Below, in pieces: positions 1 through 12,067 of a DNA stretch of 64,000 bases. Within the stretch, counting starts at the first letter, position 1, and every line of letters begins with the position of its first letter. The notes below the pieces were generated by a model, which worked only from the letters and a program-made list of their open reading frames with translations, did no database searches and had not been told where the DNA came from. The position numbers and the translations under genes are program-made. Origin of the DNA: Tubiluchus corallicola (taxonomy: Eukaryota; Animalia; Priapulida); assembly GCA_030141605.1 (NCBI GenBank), contig JAQGDQ010000369.1, forward strand, positions 62,001-126,000. Direction: 5' to 3'.

Positions 1-866
1 GAGTTTGGAGTTCAAGCTTTCAAGTATAGATTTTTTGGATTTGTGCACATGATCACGTGCACGTGCCGTGCATTTGAAGCTCTGGTCATCTAGATAGTTA
101 ATGGGGGTTTTATAGGCTGCTGGCGTGAGAAGCAATACAACTTTAGTGTGGGAAATTGGTCAGAGCGTTTTTTCCCCAAGATTTCCTTCCAATGGCAAGA
201 CACCCTAATCGGTCTGAGAATGCGTTTCGTGTATATATATAATTCTTGAGTTGAGTATACTGCCTGCGATGGGAATATTTTTGTAGACATTTTCGTAGGC
301 GCCGAATGTCGTCCTGTTAATAGGGCGATTTTAGTCAATATTGCAATGCTTATGAGTATCTATTTGTCTTCAAAAGGAGTCAATTTTCCTATATAAGAAG
401 GGGTCTGTCTGAAGTTATTACCAAAGTTGTTCTTCAGCGAGAGTGTGTGGTTTAGTCTGTAACAATCTGTAAACAATCTGAAATAAAAATTATAAGAATG
501 GAGGGTTTTGCGCAACAACCGTGTAATGGTTCTATTCGTGACAGCCGTCATCTATTCGTACTAGGCATTCGAATTGCAGACGAAAGGCTGCCTTTGGAAA
601 TGCGGGAGGTACAAAATGGATTAAGGCGTGAACTAAGTCGTAATCAATCGTTTACGTGGCAGTATAGCCTGGCCTTTGGAAAGTCCGTTATGGATGGGGT
701 AAATCATTATTATTTTTTAATTAATTTCTTGCTAAAATCGAAGTCGAAAATAGGTCGCTACATTTATGACTTTTATGCTAGAATCAAACTAATTAATTTT
801 CAAAAGTAAAGGGCTTTGCTTTATAGTCGCTAGTCGCGCCTTTATTATTTAAGAAGTTATCTACCA

Positions 867-1136
867 AGGGGCATATTAACCAATAGGCTAACTAGGCTAT
901 AACCTAGGGCGACAAAGTTTGAAGGGCGTCACATTTTAGAAAAAATTCTTATTCCGTCGAAAAATTTCTATACTTTCATATTCACGTAAGGGCGCATTTT
1001 ACAACACACCACAGACAGTTGCTGAACGCAACTCTTATATAAGTGCCACATAACGAACAGATGCAAGGTATTACACACAACAAGCAGTTGCGCAGCTTTC
1101 TTGAGCCTAGGGCGTCGCAAAGTGTTAATACGCACT
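867..1136. mobile_element. Degenerate hAT-like MITE
   Basis: Imperfect terminal inverted repeats (ggggcatattaac 868-880 / gttaatacgcact 1124-1136, 10/13 match) and a subterminal cctagggcg motif near both ends. No clear TSD. Confidence 0.4.
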
Positions 1137-2922
1137 TCAGTCTACCCAAATGTTCTAAGAAGACCCAAGAAATACCGGAATCAAAAGAAAAAGCAAAAAC
1201 GGTTTTACGACGTACTTAATCTAAACTTACAAGATAATGTTGTCAGATTGTTTTATTAAAAATCGTTTTGAGAAATAATAGACAGGTGTCGCTGTGAAAC
1301 CTGACTTGTAACTACACTTCAATAACTTAGCGTGCTCAATATATACGATTTGGTTTATCAGGTAAGGTTAATGTCTGCTTACAAACCATGAAATCTTTTA
1401 TAACGAAGATCGTGTTACTGAACTCGAGAAACGTTGCGCAAATGTTATGCGCGGTTACGAAAGAAAACGTTTGTTAAACGAGCATTTAAGAAGTTCAAAT
1501 AACTTCTGCCGTAGGGCGTAAAGGGGTAAAGGGGGTAAAAGGTCGTAGAGCTTTACGCAATGTTTAATTAGCAATAATCTTGAGGCTAAAGTAAGAGACC
1601 GAATTGAAAATAGGTTGTCCACACTACAGATTTGAATTTCTTATTCTTGCATCAATATAAGATATTAATAATTACACGTACAAATGTTTTACCCCTTCCC
1701 AAGGTAGTATGTGCATTAGAAGCCACAATATATTAGACTGTAGTTCAACTAGCTAGACTACTTTTTCTATTCTGACATTGTGTAGGTGAACTTTGTTATG
1801 TATAAACGTCTCTGTTACCTTTAAAATTTGACTTGTAATTATGCTGCTACTGCTACCTTTTACTGACATTCTGGCTTTTTCTCGACTCAATATTGGACCA
1901 ACAATGTATGTATGCATTTTAGCTTTTTAGTGTAACGTAGTAATCTGTAGCACTTATTTTTCTAGCACTTATTTCAGTAGATTTGTAGAGATAATAATTG
2001 TAGCTAACCAATAGAATTAGGCAACAATTTTGTAGACTAGAGGAAATTACTATTTTCGCAGAATAAACAACATAGCTATGGGAACGCGGGGACATTGGTT
2101 TCAGCGTGTACGTACCTATACAACATATCAAGTTTGGCATAAAACGCCCATTTCCCTAAAATTTTAATTATGCAGTAGGCCTATAGTTGTGTCTGAATAA
2201 AAGCGATTTGCTTCAATGGAAACCGGCTATCATTTTTATTTTGAGATAATTGTGTTCGAACGCCACATAGCTAGTGAACAACAAAAAAATCCACTTTTGG
2301 TAAAATAACGTAGAGCCATAACAAGTGGTTTTATTTCTATTGAGCATAACCCTTTTGCTCGTAATCTGTTTGTAAGCTATGAACTTCCTAAAAAATCTTA
2401 CAAATTGCCTTAATGCTATTTCCGTTTACAAAAAGACTTGTTTAAATACCTAGTGTCTTGTTAGAAAGATGAAAAGAGAAGGATATTGAAGACATATTTA
2501 TTCAGGATAACTTGATTGAGCAAAGTTTGTTTACAACAACATCCTGATTGGTGCACAGTTTGTAAACAATAGTCAGGGTCAATTGTACCTAAAATCATGA
2601 ACAAAAACAAAACATGTCAAAATTTCAAAGGAGCTCAAAAAGACGAAATTTAACAAGCTTAATATAATTAAGTAGAACAAAACTCTTGATAAAAAGCTTT
2701 AAGGTGAGACTATAGTCTTAAACAAGTCAATATTACTACTGCTTCTTAATTCAGTTGACAAAGAATTCTCTACTTTAATCCCCCTGTAGTTTAGATATTT
2801 TTGTCAGCTTGTGTTCGGCATAGCGGTATTTGTAATTCATTTCTTGTGGCTGACCTGGCTCGATACTGATGCGAATATTCAAAAATGTGTCGATTTGAAA
2901 CGATTTGGGTCATTTTTAAGTA

Positions 2923-3887
2923 CCGTAAAACGGGGTGAGTTCGCCACCCGAAGGTGAGTTCGCCACCCCTTACGTAATGGCCATTGTAGGTTTGCTATAA
3001 CTATTGTTCAGTGTTTAATGAACAGATAACATGATAACCGTCATTATAAACAGTTTGTGACAGTTATCTTCTTTCAATTCGCACTAGAAGTACTCCATTC
3101 TGCGCTAAATATTATTTGTCTACTATTTCTTGCTACTTAACACGCACCTGCACCCCTGTACCGGGTCATAGATACCAAAATTATATCCCAGAAGCTCTGG
3201 AAGCTGCCCTACATGCCGTCAAGAATACCAACAGGACAATCAGCGCAGCGGCGAAGCAATTCGGAGTTCCAAGAAAGACCCTTTCTGACAAACTCTCAGG
3301 AAGTCATCCGCGGAAGACCGGAGGTCAGCCAGTGTTCTCCGCCGCCGAGGAGCACGAAATCGCCAACACTCCAAGTGGCCGCTGAGTGGGGGTTCCCAAT
3401 GACTGCCATCGATCTCCGACTACTGATTAAGAGTGTTCTTGACGCGAAGGGAATCCAGGAACGACGATTCAAGGCAAACACCCCTGGAATAGACTTTGTC
3501 AAATCATTCGCCCGAAGGAACAATCTGGTTTTCAGAGTGGCTGGCAACATCAAGGGCGCCCGCGATAAGATCAGTGCACAAGACGTTCAAGCCTTCCTTG
3601 CCAACGTAGGAGTTTCTATTTGAAAACTAAAACTAGACATTTTTCATAATTTTTTCATAGGGTGGCGAACTCACCGCCAACCAGCCAATCACAACCAGTT
3701 AACTTCAGCTGCCTAGAATGGCATTAAACAGTGTTAAATTGTTAGTGGCGAATTCACCCCACGATAGTGTTTCATTTGAAAGGCAATATAAAGCTTGAAC
3801 TAAGAAAATCGGTTGGGTAATTCTGTTGCTGTGGTAGGAAACGTAAAAAATACCCCTAAAAAGTGGCGAACTCACCCCGTTTTACGG
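2923..3887 (+). mobile_element. pogo/Tigger-family DNA transposon, internally deleted
   Basis: Perfect 25-bp TIRs (ccgtaaaacggggtgagttcgccac 2923-2947 and its reverse complement 3863-3887). TA TSD at 2921-2922 and 3888-3889. Subterminal copies of the TIR core near 2953, 3660 and 3745. Contains a transposase N-terminus. Confidence 0.93.
3116..3623 (+). pseudogene. Frameshifted pogo transposase N-terminus (HTH-psq + CENP-B-type HTH); DDE domain absent
   Basis: ORF 3116-3385 (ALEAALHAVKN..TISAAAKQFGVPRKTLSDKL..G..PVFSAAEE) continues after a frameshift near 3371 into ORF 3213-3623 (QVAAEWGFPMT..DLR..RFKANTPGIDFVKSFARRN). Confidence 0.85.
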
Positions 3888-4164
3888 TATTTTATATAAT
3901 GTAAAGTATGCAATATGCATTCGCTGTCGGATTTCCAGTGGTAACTAGTTTAGTTCTCTACGCATGATGATAATGTTTCGCGTGGGGAAACTATCCAATA
4001 GGGAAACAGAAATTAGTACACCTGTCGAACAGGGTATTCCTTTACAGAAGCTAGAGAATTAAGCAGACGGCAAAGCTACAAAATGGACCGATGTTTATCG
4101 ACTAAATAGAGCTGTTGCGTCTGCTACTAGCAGGACCGCTCTGGCACTCTCTGTCTTCGTTTGA

Positions 4165-4470
4165 AACCCCGCCTCTTGCTGTGACGTCACGCAATGATCG
4201 GTGGACAATCTGATGACGTTCGACTGACCAACCAATCGACAATCGCGGAATAGCCCAAGGTTGTAACAAGTATTTACTATTCAGTTTCAGCCTGGCTGTT
4301 TAGTGCTTACTGATTTACGCTGAGGAAGAAATTGTTGTGGTTTTCAGGCTGGATTTTTCAATTCACGTGCAGCAGAAGCTGAAAATTGTTTTTGTGTACA
4401 AACAAACAAAGGAGATCTACGCTCTTCTGTTTAATTTTGTCATACTGTAATGATTGCTTTGCAGGTAAGG
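4165..4470 (+). promoter_or_regulatory. Putative promoter and non-coding first exon, possibly of the 9825 gene
   Basis: CRE palindrome gtgacgtcac near 4181, CCAAT-like motif near 4228, strong donor gcag|gtaagg at 4465. The link to the downstream gene is inference. Confidence 0.3.
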
Positions 4471-5515
4471 TTATAGTTTACGAAGTACGTATATTAAGAG
4501 TTCTAATCAGCAGATTCAGAAAAAATGAATCATTATAATTATTTATTAGCCAGAATAATGTGCTCGAGTGTTAGATTTTATCTGCGCTTTTATCACACTC
4601 ACGTAACGCAAACGGATTGTTGTGGGAAAAGAAGTAAGTTTTTTTTGTTTATAAACGCAGTACCTAATGGAAAACCCCAAGTGACATTGTACAAAACACA
4701 AATACGTATGTCCTTGATCACGTGCTACTATACTTAACATTAACTTGTTGAAAAAACAGCCAATAATTCACACTTCTGAACTACTTTCTGTATGTTGCAT
4801 TTCCGCACTACTTTTTGCAGTAGACCTATATCTAGATTGCAACGTCAGCGTAACCTGAATTTGAAAACACTTTCACACGTGTCGAAATGCAAAGGGGCGG
4901 AACCAAAATTTTAAGATGGGGAACCTACAAAGCGAGCTGTGATACTTTACCGAAAGATTACTGGACTCGTTATGCACCTTTATCTTGTATACGTAGAGGC
5001 AGAACGTGTCAAACGATATGGTCTCAGCTCCCTGTCAGATTCTCTGTGTCGCCTCTCTCTGGCTCCTGACTCGCTCCTGACTCTCAATGACCGCTGATGA
5101 CTAACTCCTGACTAACGCCTCGTGTTCTCAACTCAGAGCTTATATCCCGAAGAGCTTGGCCTTGCGAAACTCGCGCCAAACGCAATCAGGCGACAGGTGA
5201 CATCCCTGGATTACCCTGGTATCCCCTGCCGGGCGATTTATGGTCGGCAAGGTGGCCTTCGAGTTTTTCTGCTCCGTGGGAAAGATCCCAATTATCGGCG
5301 ATTCTTCAGAACCTCTTCGCTTGGCGTCTTCAAGCGCCGATACAAGCTTGGCGTCGGCCATAAAATTCCTCTTCCAAAGAAATTTGCCTATTGCGACTTT
5401 TTTGTTAATTAAGAGCAACTCTGCATAAGGCTATAAAGAACGATTATGTCCTCACTGAACAGATGCCTGTTTACTCTCAGCAAACGATAAAAAAAACACC
5501 TGGAATAATTTGCCA

Positions 5516-6814
5516 CTCATTAAATCCGTGCTTACCAGCTGGATGAGTTTCTCTGTTAATCAATAAATTTATCTTATCAAATCAGGGAGGCATACATTTT
5601 ATCTCCAAATTATCGATTCATAAATTTATTCACGACAATACGGCTCATGTGTCTCACTGTCGTGATAAATATGAAGTTAATTATACATAATATACGACGC
5701 CTATAACACATTATAATATCATTGCTATATATTATCTTGTAATTATAGCAACACGGAGTAAAGGAAAGCTGTGTTAAATAATGATTTTGATTAAACTGGC
5801 GATTAAATTATTAAATTAATGACTCATGATCAAATTCTTGACGAGAAGCCTAGTTGGGTGTGGCATCACGTGACCAGCCGATCTTCGACTGGCTGACTCA
5901 GAAGTAGGGATTGATGATGAAACCCTGATGCGTAGAAGCTCATGGCGCATTAGGTAGTTAGACAAAAGTGGTTGAGAGCCGCACCTCAGGGAAGATGAGG
6001 AACTGACTTGAAGACGGAGGGCTGGCATTACTATCCTCTTATATTTACTGTGTTGTGTCTGATATTTAATAAATGTGTTGCTCATTAAATCAAGTTTTGA
6101 TAGTTTGCCATGTCCATCGTGGCTACCTCACACGCCACACAATAAACAACAATAATCAGCAAGCAGCTTTAACCACAAGAATAAATACACATTAAACAAA
6201 TTATTTTACTGGTGCTGTGACCAGGATTCGAATCTGGGTTATTACGATATGTAATGTCATGTTTACTCAATAGACTTGGGGTGGCTGTCAGATGTATAAC
6301 ATTATGCTTTTCAAATGCATGGCATATGAATTTTCTACTGAATAATATTACCAAATCAAATTCCTGTAATAAATTTATTTATCCAATTATCCACTTATTC
6401 CTGAACAACTTCTGAAACATTAAAATACCTTTTTAATGAATAATAAATGTAACACATGGGCGTAAAATTAGTACTTCAAGTCGAAAATTATGACTATCAT
6501 AGCTACTAAAAATGAGGTAAGAAGAGGTCTACCGCTAGTTAGCATATATTGTAAAAAGACAATATTTATTCTATTCTCGTGGTGATTAGCAAGAAAAGAA
6601 ACTACTCAGTATCCTAAGAAGAGGATACCATGGGAACTCCTTTGGAGACACTATATCCTGGGAACATACTCTTTTTTCTGCCATGACAATAATGTCGTGA
6701 ATAAATTTATAAATCGATAATTTGGTAATAAATCTCATGCCTCCCTGATTTTGTAAAATAAATTTATTGATCGACATAGGAACTCATCCAGCTGGTAAGC
6801 CCGGATTTAATGAG
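5516..6814. repeat. Long imperfect inverted repeat pair (~135-bp arms), possible foldback/TIR element
   Basis: 5516-5650 (ctcattaaatccgtgcttaccagctggatgagtt...ataaatttattcacgaca) is the reverse complement of ~6682-6814 (tgtcgtgaataaatttat...aactcatccagctggtaagcccggatttaatgag). Confidence 0.8.
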
Positions 6815-7023
6815 ACTGTTCTTTTGCTCTCAGGGTTGAGGACTCTCTGCCTAGTTGGTTTAAGCCAACCACTGAAGCACAGATGACAACTCGAGTTAAG
6901 AATCGTAATGAGTCAGTCAGTGGACATTATGAATTGGTCAGTTCCAGAGTTTTATGCTTTTTCTTCTTCGTACTCCTTGTATGAATGTGTTCATTCTAGT
7001 TCATATCTATGCTAAAATATATA

Positions 7024-7472
7024 TTTTAGCATTACTTAGCATTTTGCTTACCTGCTGAAAAGACTTATGTAACTAGAAAAGAAAATTATTAATTATTTAA
7101 AGTGATTTCAGCAATTGGCAAAATTTCGCTGGCTCATACCCCAGGGTGCAGCACCACTCACTAACCAAAAACGTATTTTTAATTTTATTGACATGATACA
7201 GTAATTTTAACTTTTTTTTAGTTAGTGAGGTGTGCGCTACGGGTGGTCTGATTATTTATTTTAACTTTACACAATGTTGTCTAAACTTGCTTCAAATCAT
7301 TTTTCGTCAAAATGGTTGCGTCTAACGGTCATCGCAGGAGTTTAAATTTACACGTTTTATACAGCGTTACTGCCGACGCAAGTCTAATATGCAGAAAGGC
7401 AGTATGCAAGCGGTATAAAATTTCAAGACAAACTTTTAAGCTTTTGTATATGGATGGTTCTTGTGCTTTAAG
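7024..7472 (+). repeat. Interspersed non-autonomous repeat family A, copy 1
   Basis: Aligns with 45085-45548 and, reverse-complemented, with 23655-23985 (tatgtaactagaaaagaaaatt...ccagggtgca...ctaacca...cgtcaaaatggttgcgtc). Ends in gct-TTAA, as Kolobok-like elements do. Confidence 0.8.
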
Positions 7473-8011
7473 GTTGAGTGATTAAATTTGAGTCACTGAC
7501 CCCAGTAAGAATGTCAACCTTGAATGAGGATTAAATTATTGCACTTTGCAGGCTGATTGCTGATACGCATTCAACATTTATTATGATCGTCAAAAACCTG
7601 AACGTGTTTTACCTCACATAACGTAAGTGCCTAGATGAACACGATTCTTCTACAAAGAAGGGATGGGTCAGTGTACCTTTTTGTTAAAACAGGATCCAGA
7701 GGCCGCTGAACAGAGTTTACTTAATGTGCAAAGCCCAAGACATCGTGTGGTATTAAAGCAACAAACTTACGAATGATAGAAATTTTTGTGATGTTTTGAC
7801 CTTGTGTACTTCTCGAAATCCAAAACTTGAATATATGTGATACATATTTAGTTCATAACATTTTTTGGGTTTAACTAGGAAGTAAATTATTTGCATGTAA
7901 GTACTCGCATACTTGGAAATTCGGTTTGAAAGTAAAACTGCTTTTGTTAATTTCCACATTCAACAAAGGTGGTCTAATTTGATAGACTTCATATTATTCA
8001 TTACTTATTAA

Positions 8012-8469
8012 CCCTTTCAGTGCCAAATTATTTTTTTAATAAGAAAAAAATTTTTGGCTTGGTACTTTTGTTCAGTATGTCCATCTTGTTTACACATAAT
8101 AATTATTTTTTTCTACCTGTGCCCGCGTGCTAAATATAGCCTGTATCCCACGGGATACATTGGGATTCAATGGAAGAATAAAATGCGCTTCATTTTGCAA
8201 CTGCTGATAATTTTTTAAAGTATTTAAGACATTTACTATGCATGCTATGCTGGTCTCTTCAAAGTGTCTCTAAAGTACTGTACCTTGCACAGTTCTTTAT
8301 GCTATGTAGATTTTCTAGTTTACCATTTTATCACCATTTTTAGTCAATTGTTATTGGCTTAAATCAAAATAACTATTAACAGATCAAATAACTGTCAGTT
8401 TCAAAATTTTATTAATTTTAAGGCAGAAACTATTCTCGTATCCCACGGGATACAACGGGTATGAAAGGG
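8012..8469. mobile_element. piggyBac-like MITE
   Basis: TTAA|ccctttca ... tgaaaggg|TTAA (TTAA at 8008-8011 and 8470-8473). Internal palindrome gtatcccacgggatac occurs twice (~8143, ~8438). Confidence 0.8.
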
Positions 8470-9020
8470 TTAACTGATTATTCTTAATCTCAAAAGTTAT
8501 AACATATTAAACTAATGAACGTTACTGATGTATCAAAGACTATGGAAAGGATCTGCTTTTGTGGAAGAAAATGTTTTGAGAGACAACGTTTATTTCTTAA
8601 TTACAAACAAAAATATATTTTAAATAACATATGCAAGGTCTACTGAAAATAAAACTTGTCACTTTTTCACCCGTGTCCGGTATGTCAAGAATAGACCAGA
8701 TGCATATCTTTCTAAGGCCTTTCTTTTGATGAGCTATAAGATACTAAGTTACTACAACTACTGACTTGACTTCTGGCGAGAGAAGATGTTCATTTCCCTC
8801 GTCTTAGAAGGTCAGAATCATAACTGTGAAAGTTACCACTAGAACAACGTCATCGTCATTGGTTACATCTGGATGGTTTCCTTAAACTTCTCGTAAGCTG
8901 TTTATTTTTTTTGATCTTCACCATCGCAACGTTGTTTTACATTGTCGTGTCTATACTGCTTTTTTGTATCTGTCACCAAGCACGGATAGATCAAGGAAGT
9001 CGCTTGAAAAAAGTAGTTGG

Positions 9021-9137
9021 ATGTCCTTTATTCGGGACATGTAGATTTACAGCTAGTGAATGCGCTAATGGGTGATACAACTGCATGTCCTTTATTCGGG
9101 ACATGTAGATTTACAGTTAGTAGATGACACAACTGCA
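9021..9137. repeat. Short tandem duplication (~64-bp period, 2 copies)
   Basis: atgtcctttattcgggacatgtagatttacag occurs twice. Confidence 0.8.
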
Positions 9138-9824
9138 TTGTAACAAAATTAAGGAATAATCAATATTAAGAAAGGAAAAAATACATGCTATAGGTAACAA
9201 ATTTCATAGAATTAGCTTACCCTTGGACAAGAATATTCAACAAGATAGACGCCACGGACAGCAGTTTTCGATTGTGTCCACATGGACAGCAACCACAACG
9301 ACAGGACTGACCTCTTGGGTCAGCTTGCGATTGAAATGTTGCATTATTGCACCGGGGAAAATCATGCGCTCAGTACGCAATAATGCAAAATGTTTCTTTC
9401 ACTGACCGTAGTATAAATCTTACTAATTAGCTAGCAAACAGAGTAAACGACTGTTGGTCTATTTCTCAAGACATTCTTTATTAAATGTTTATCAATGTTA
9501 ACCAGTTTAACAAGGAACAAGAGTTCCTTGTTCCTAATCACAAGTTGATTATTAGTCATTATTATCTGGTGAGTAATGTGTTTTACAAGACATCTGTAAC
9601 AAATAGTTTCTTTCATGAATTATGCTGTAATTATGATATTTGCATCACGTGCTTTAATCCGCAAATGAATCTGACAGAGAAACGGCCGAATCAAAGAAGA
9701 TACAGAGATTTATGTCCGTCCCATTTAGTTGCTAATAAAGGCTTTTAGTCTCTGCTGAAAGTGTGTACGACTTTTAAACAATATCGTACCAATGTAGTTA
9801 ACATAATTGCATTATTTGTTCCAG

Positions 9825-11777
9825 ATGTTTCCAGATATGCAGACACATTTGAGGTATAAATTCAACAATCAACAACCTCGAGGTAAATGTAACAGCGACC
9901 AGCAAATTCGTAAACAAGATGGCGGTGAGCAAAATCGCAAGCAGGTTACATTTTCCATGGCAACATTACCTGTACCAGGATCAATACCTAGCGCCTCTCC
10001 AGAAATGTTAGCCCACCAAAGTGCCAGAATCCCAAATTCACCTCAAAGCCTCAGGAGCCAACAACTCCTACGAAAGTTTCCTGCAAAACCTATTCACCAG
10101 ACATTCTTGTCACCCCTGCCTCCTAGTCAGCTTCACGGGTGGATAAAATTGACTGAGTGGGTGTGCACCCCCTTCGTAATTAGAAGCGGTGTGAGGCATG
10201 TGTGCGTTCTGGCACTGCAAGCTAAACTTAAAACGTTGTATTCTCCCCAGTTTCTGCAGAAAATTGACGAAGAGAACCCCCTTCCTAAAATTAGTGCCAC
10301 TTTGGAGGAGGCTAAGACGTTCAACAGCTTACTGCAACATTCCAAGCTAGATTATATGCAGAAGGCCGTGAATGGAAAACATTGCGTTGCTTTTGAAATA
10401 AGTAGCATTTTGTATTTGAAATCAATTGAAAGTCGTGTTGCAACAGGATCAGATCCCAGCTACTTTCGTTGTGGATGGATATGTGGAATGGGGTTGTCAA
10501 AACATATTATTCCACCCGTCATAATTGTACCTGTTCCTTTCATCAACAATGAACCGATGGTGCCATGTCACTCTTGTTCTGATGAGATCAAAAAGGTCTG
10601 CAGTACAATTCACCTTGAGCCTAGCCAGGTTAAATATATCAACTGTGCTTACGAAACAATGGGTGTGCCCTACAAATTAAATGATAAGAAGCCAACTTTG
10701 GTTTACCCAATAAAAGAACTTGAGAAGTATTATAAAGTGCACCAGTACTATGGTAGTGATGATAAACCGATTGCTGATATTAAGATATTAATGGCCAGGG
10801 TCCGAGAAAAGAACAAAGCTCGTGCACATAACGTCAAGTTACTGAAAAATACGAATTGTGTGAACAGCACAAAGCTCAATGTTAAACAAGAGGAGAAATC
10901 TTCATTATGTGGAGTTGAAGGGAAAGAGAAGCCAAATTGTAAAAAGCGAGAAGAGCCTTATGGTTTTGACGTTTCGCCATCAAAGAGGTTGCACATAGAC
11001 GTGCCACCACTAGCAGCACCAAATAAAGCAGCACAAAACTGTCTAGAGGATTTTACAGTATTTGAAAAAGAACCCCACATAAGCAGTGAAATGAATGAAG
11101 GTATTAGAAACGATATGTATACGGACAGCTCATCTCATGTTCCTACAGAAACGAATAAGAAAGTTTCAGACAAATTCTATCCTGACATAGTATCTTATGT
11201 GGACAGAGGCACAATCACAAGTTTATCTGAAATTCAAAGTGTAAAGCTCGAGCCAGAAGAGAAGTCAGCACCATGCGGATATAAAGAAAAAAAACGTAAT
11301 GGTAGAAATTATGAGGAAGCTGATAATTCTAATATTCCACAACAAAAAGCAATTCAAATGGGGGAATCACTAACATCAAAAGCATCTGTTGATGCCCCAA
11401 TAAAACCAGAGAAATGGACAGGATGTCAAAAGACTCAAGAGCCATATAAAAAGGAATACATACTATTTAAAAACAATATACATATATTTTGTATAAATCG
11501 ACAACCATTTAAGTACAAACAAAATTTAATAACCCCCATAGATCTACTCATACAACCGCTTTTCAAAAACAATGTGCCCCTCAATACATTTTGTCAAACT
11601 CTAGAAAATTTGAATATCAAGCCGGTAAAGTGTGACCTTCAACAACTAAAGTTTATGAATGAATCATTTAGAAAAGCAAATCTTGTAACTAATGGGTTGA
11701 TGATAGAGATGGAAGCATTGCAAGATTACTACCCTAAGATTAAACAATCTTTGTGGAAATACTTTAGTTGTGGATGA
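9825..11777 (+). CDS. Uncharacterised ~650-aa protein, single coding exon, with probable Ski/Sno/Dac-like domains
   Basis: 1.95-kb open frame in AT-rich DNA, preceded by acceptor ttgttccag|ATG at 9825. The C-terminal LNTFCQTLENLNIKPVKCDLQQLKFM resembles the Dachshund/Ski motif LHTVYTKLKRLxIxPVVCNVEQVRIL. NLS-like PSKRLH. The start codon is uncertain. Confidence 0.8.
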   Translation: MFPDMQTHLRYKFNNQQPRGKCNSDQQIRKQDGGEQNRKQVTFSMATLPVPGSIPSASPEMLAHQSARIPNSPQSLRSQQLLRKFPAKPIHQTFLSPLPPSQLHGWIKLTEWVCTPFVIRSGVRHVCVLALQAKLKTLYSPQFLQKIDEENPLPKISATLEEAKTFNSLLQHSKLDYMQKAVNGKHCVAFEISSILYLKSIESRVATGSDPSYFRCGWICGMGLSKHIIPPVIIVPVPFINNEPMVPCHSCSDEIKKVCSTIHLEPSQVKYINCAYETMGVPYKLNDKKPTLVYPIKELEKYYKVHQYYGSDDKPIADIKILMARVREKNKARAHNVKLLKNTNCVNSTKLNVKQEEKSSLCGVEGKEKPNCKKREEPYGFDVSPSKRLHIDVPPLAAPNKAAQNCLEDFTVFEKEPHISSEMNEGIRNDMYTDSSSHVPTETNKKVSDKFYPDIVSYVDRGTITSLSEIQSVKLEPEEKSAPCGYKEKKRNGRNYEEADNSNIPQQKAIQMGESLTSKASVDAPIKPEKWTGCQKTQEPYKKEYILFKNNIHIFCINRQPFKYKQNLITPIDLLIQPLFKNNVPLNTFCQTLENLNIKPVKCDLQQLKFMNESFRKANLVTNGLMIEMEALQDYYPKIKQSLWKYFSCG

Positions 11778-12067
11778 CACTGCCTTCCACGCTGCCTATT
11801 ACTGACCCCTGCTTGACCAGTTCTTGCTTTTTTTTCCTTATGAAAAGTAGCTTCAGTTCCCCTTATAAAAGCAGTGGCAAGAAACCAGTTCAATCAAATC
11901 ACCCCCTGCTAGCCTGCTGACAGTCGTCAGTGAGATATTTGAATTTATGTTAAAGGAGCATTCCTTGTGTTTCAAGGATAGTAGTTATCTTGTTAATGTA
12001 CAGTTTGGCTTTTGCTTTTCTTTACCTGTCGTAGTGTGGCATCGACTATCTGACCTTGAATCAAGTA

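Noticed and set aside
5122-5428. GC-rich overlapping ORFs of 60-96 aa
   Set aside because: No recognisable motif or convincing splice structure; more likely a TE remnant. A BLASTX search would be needed.
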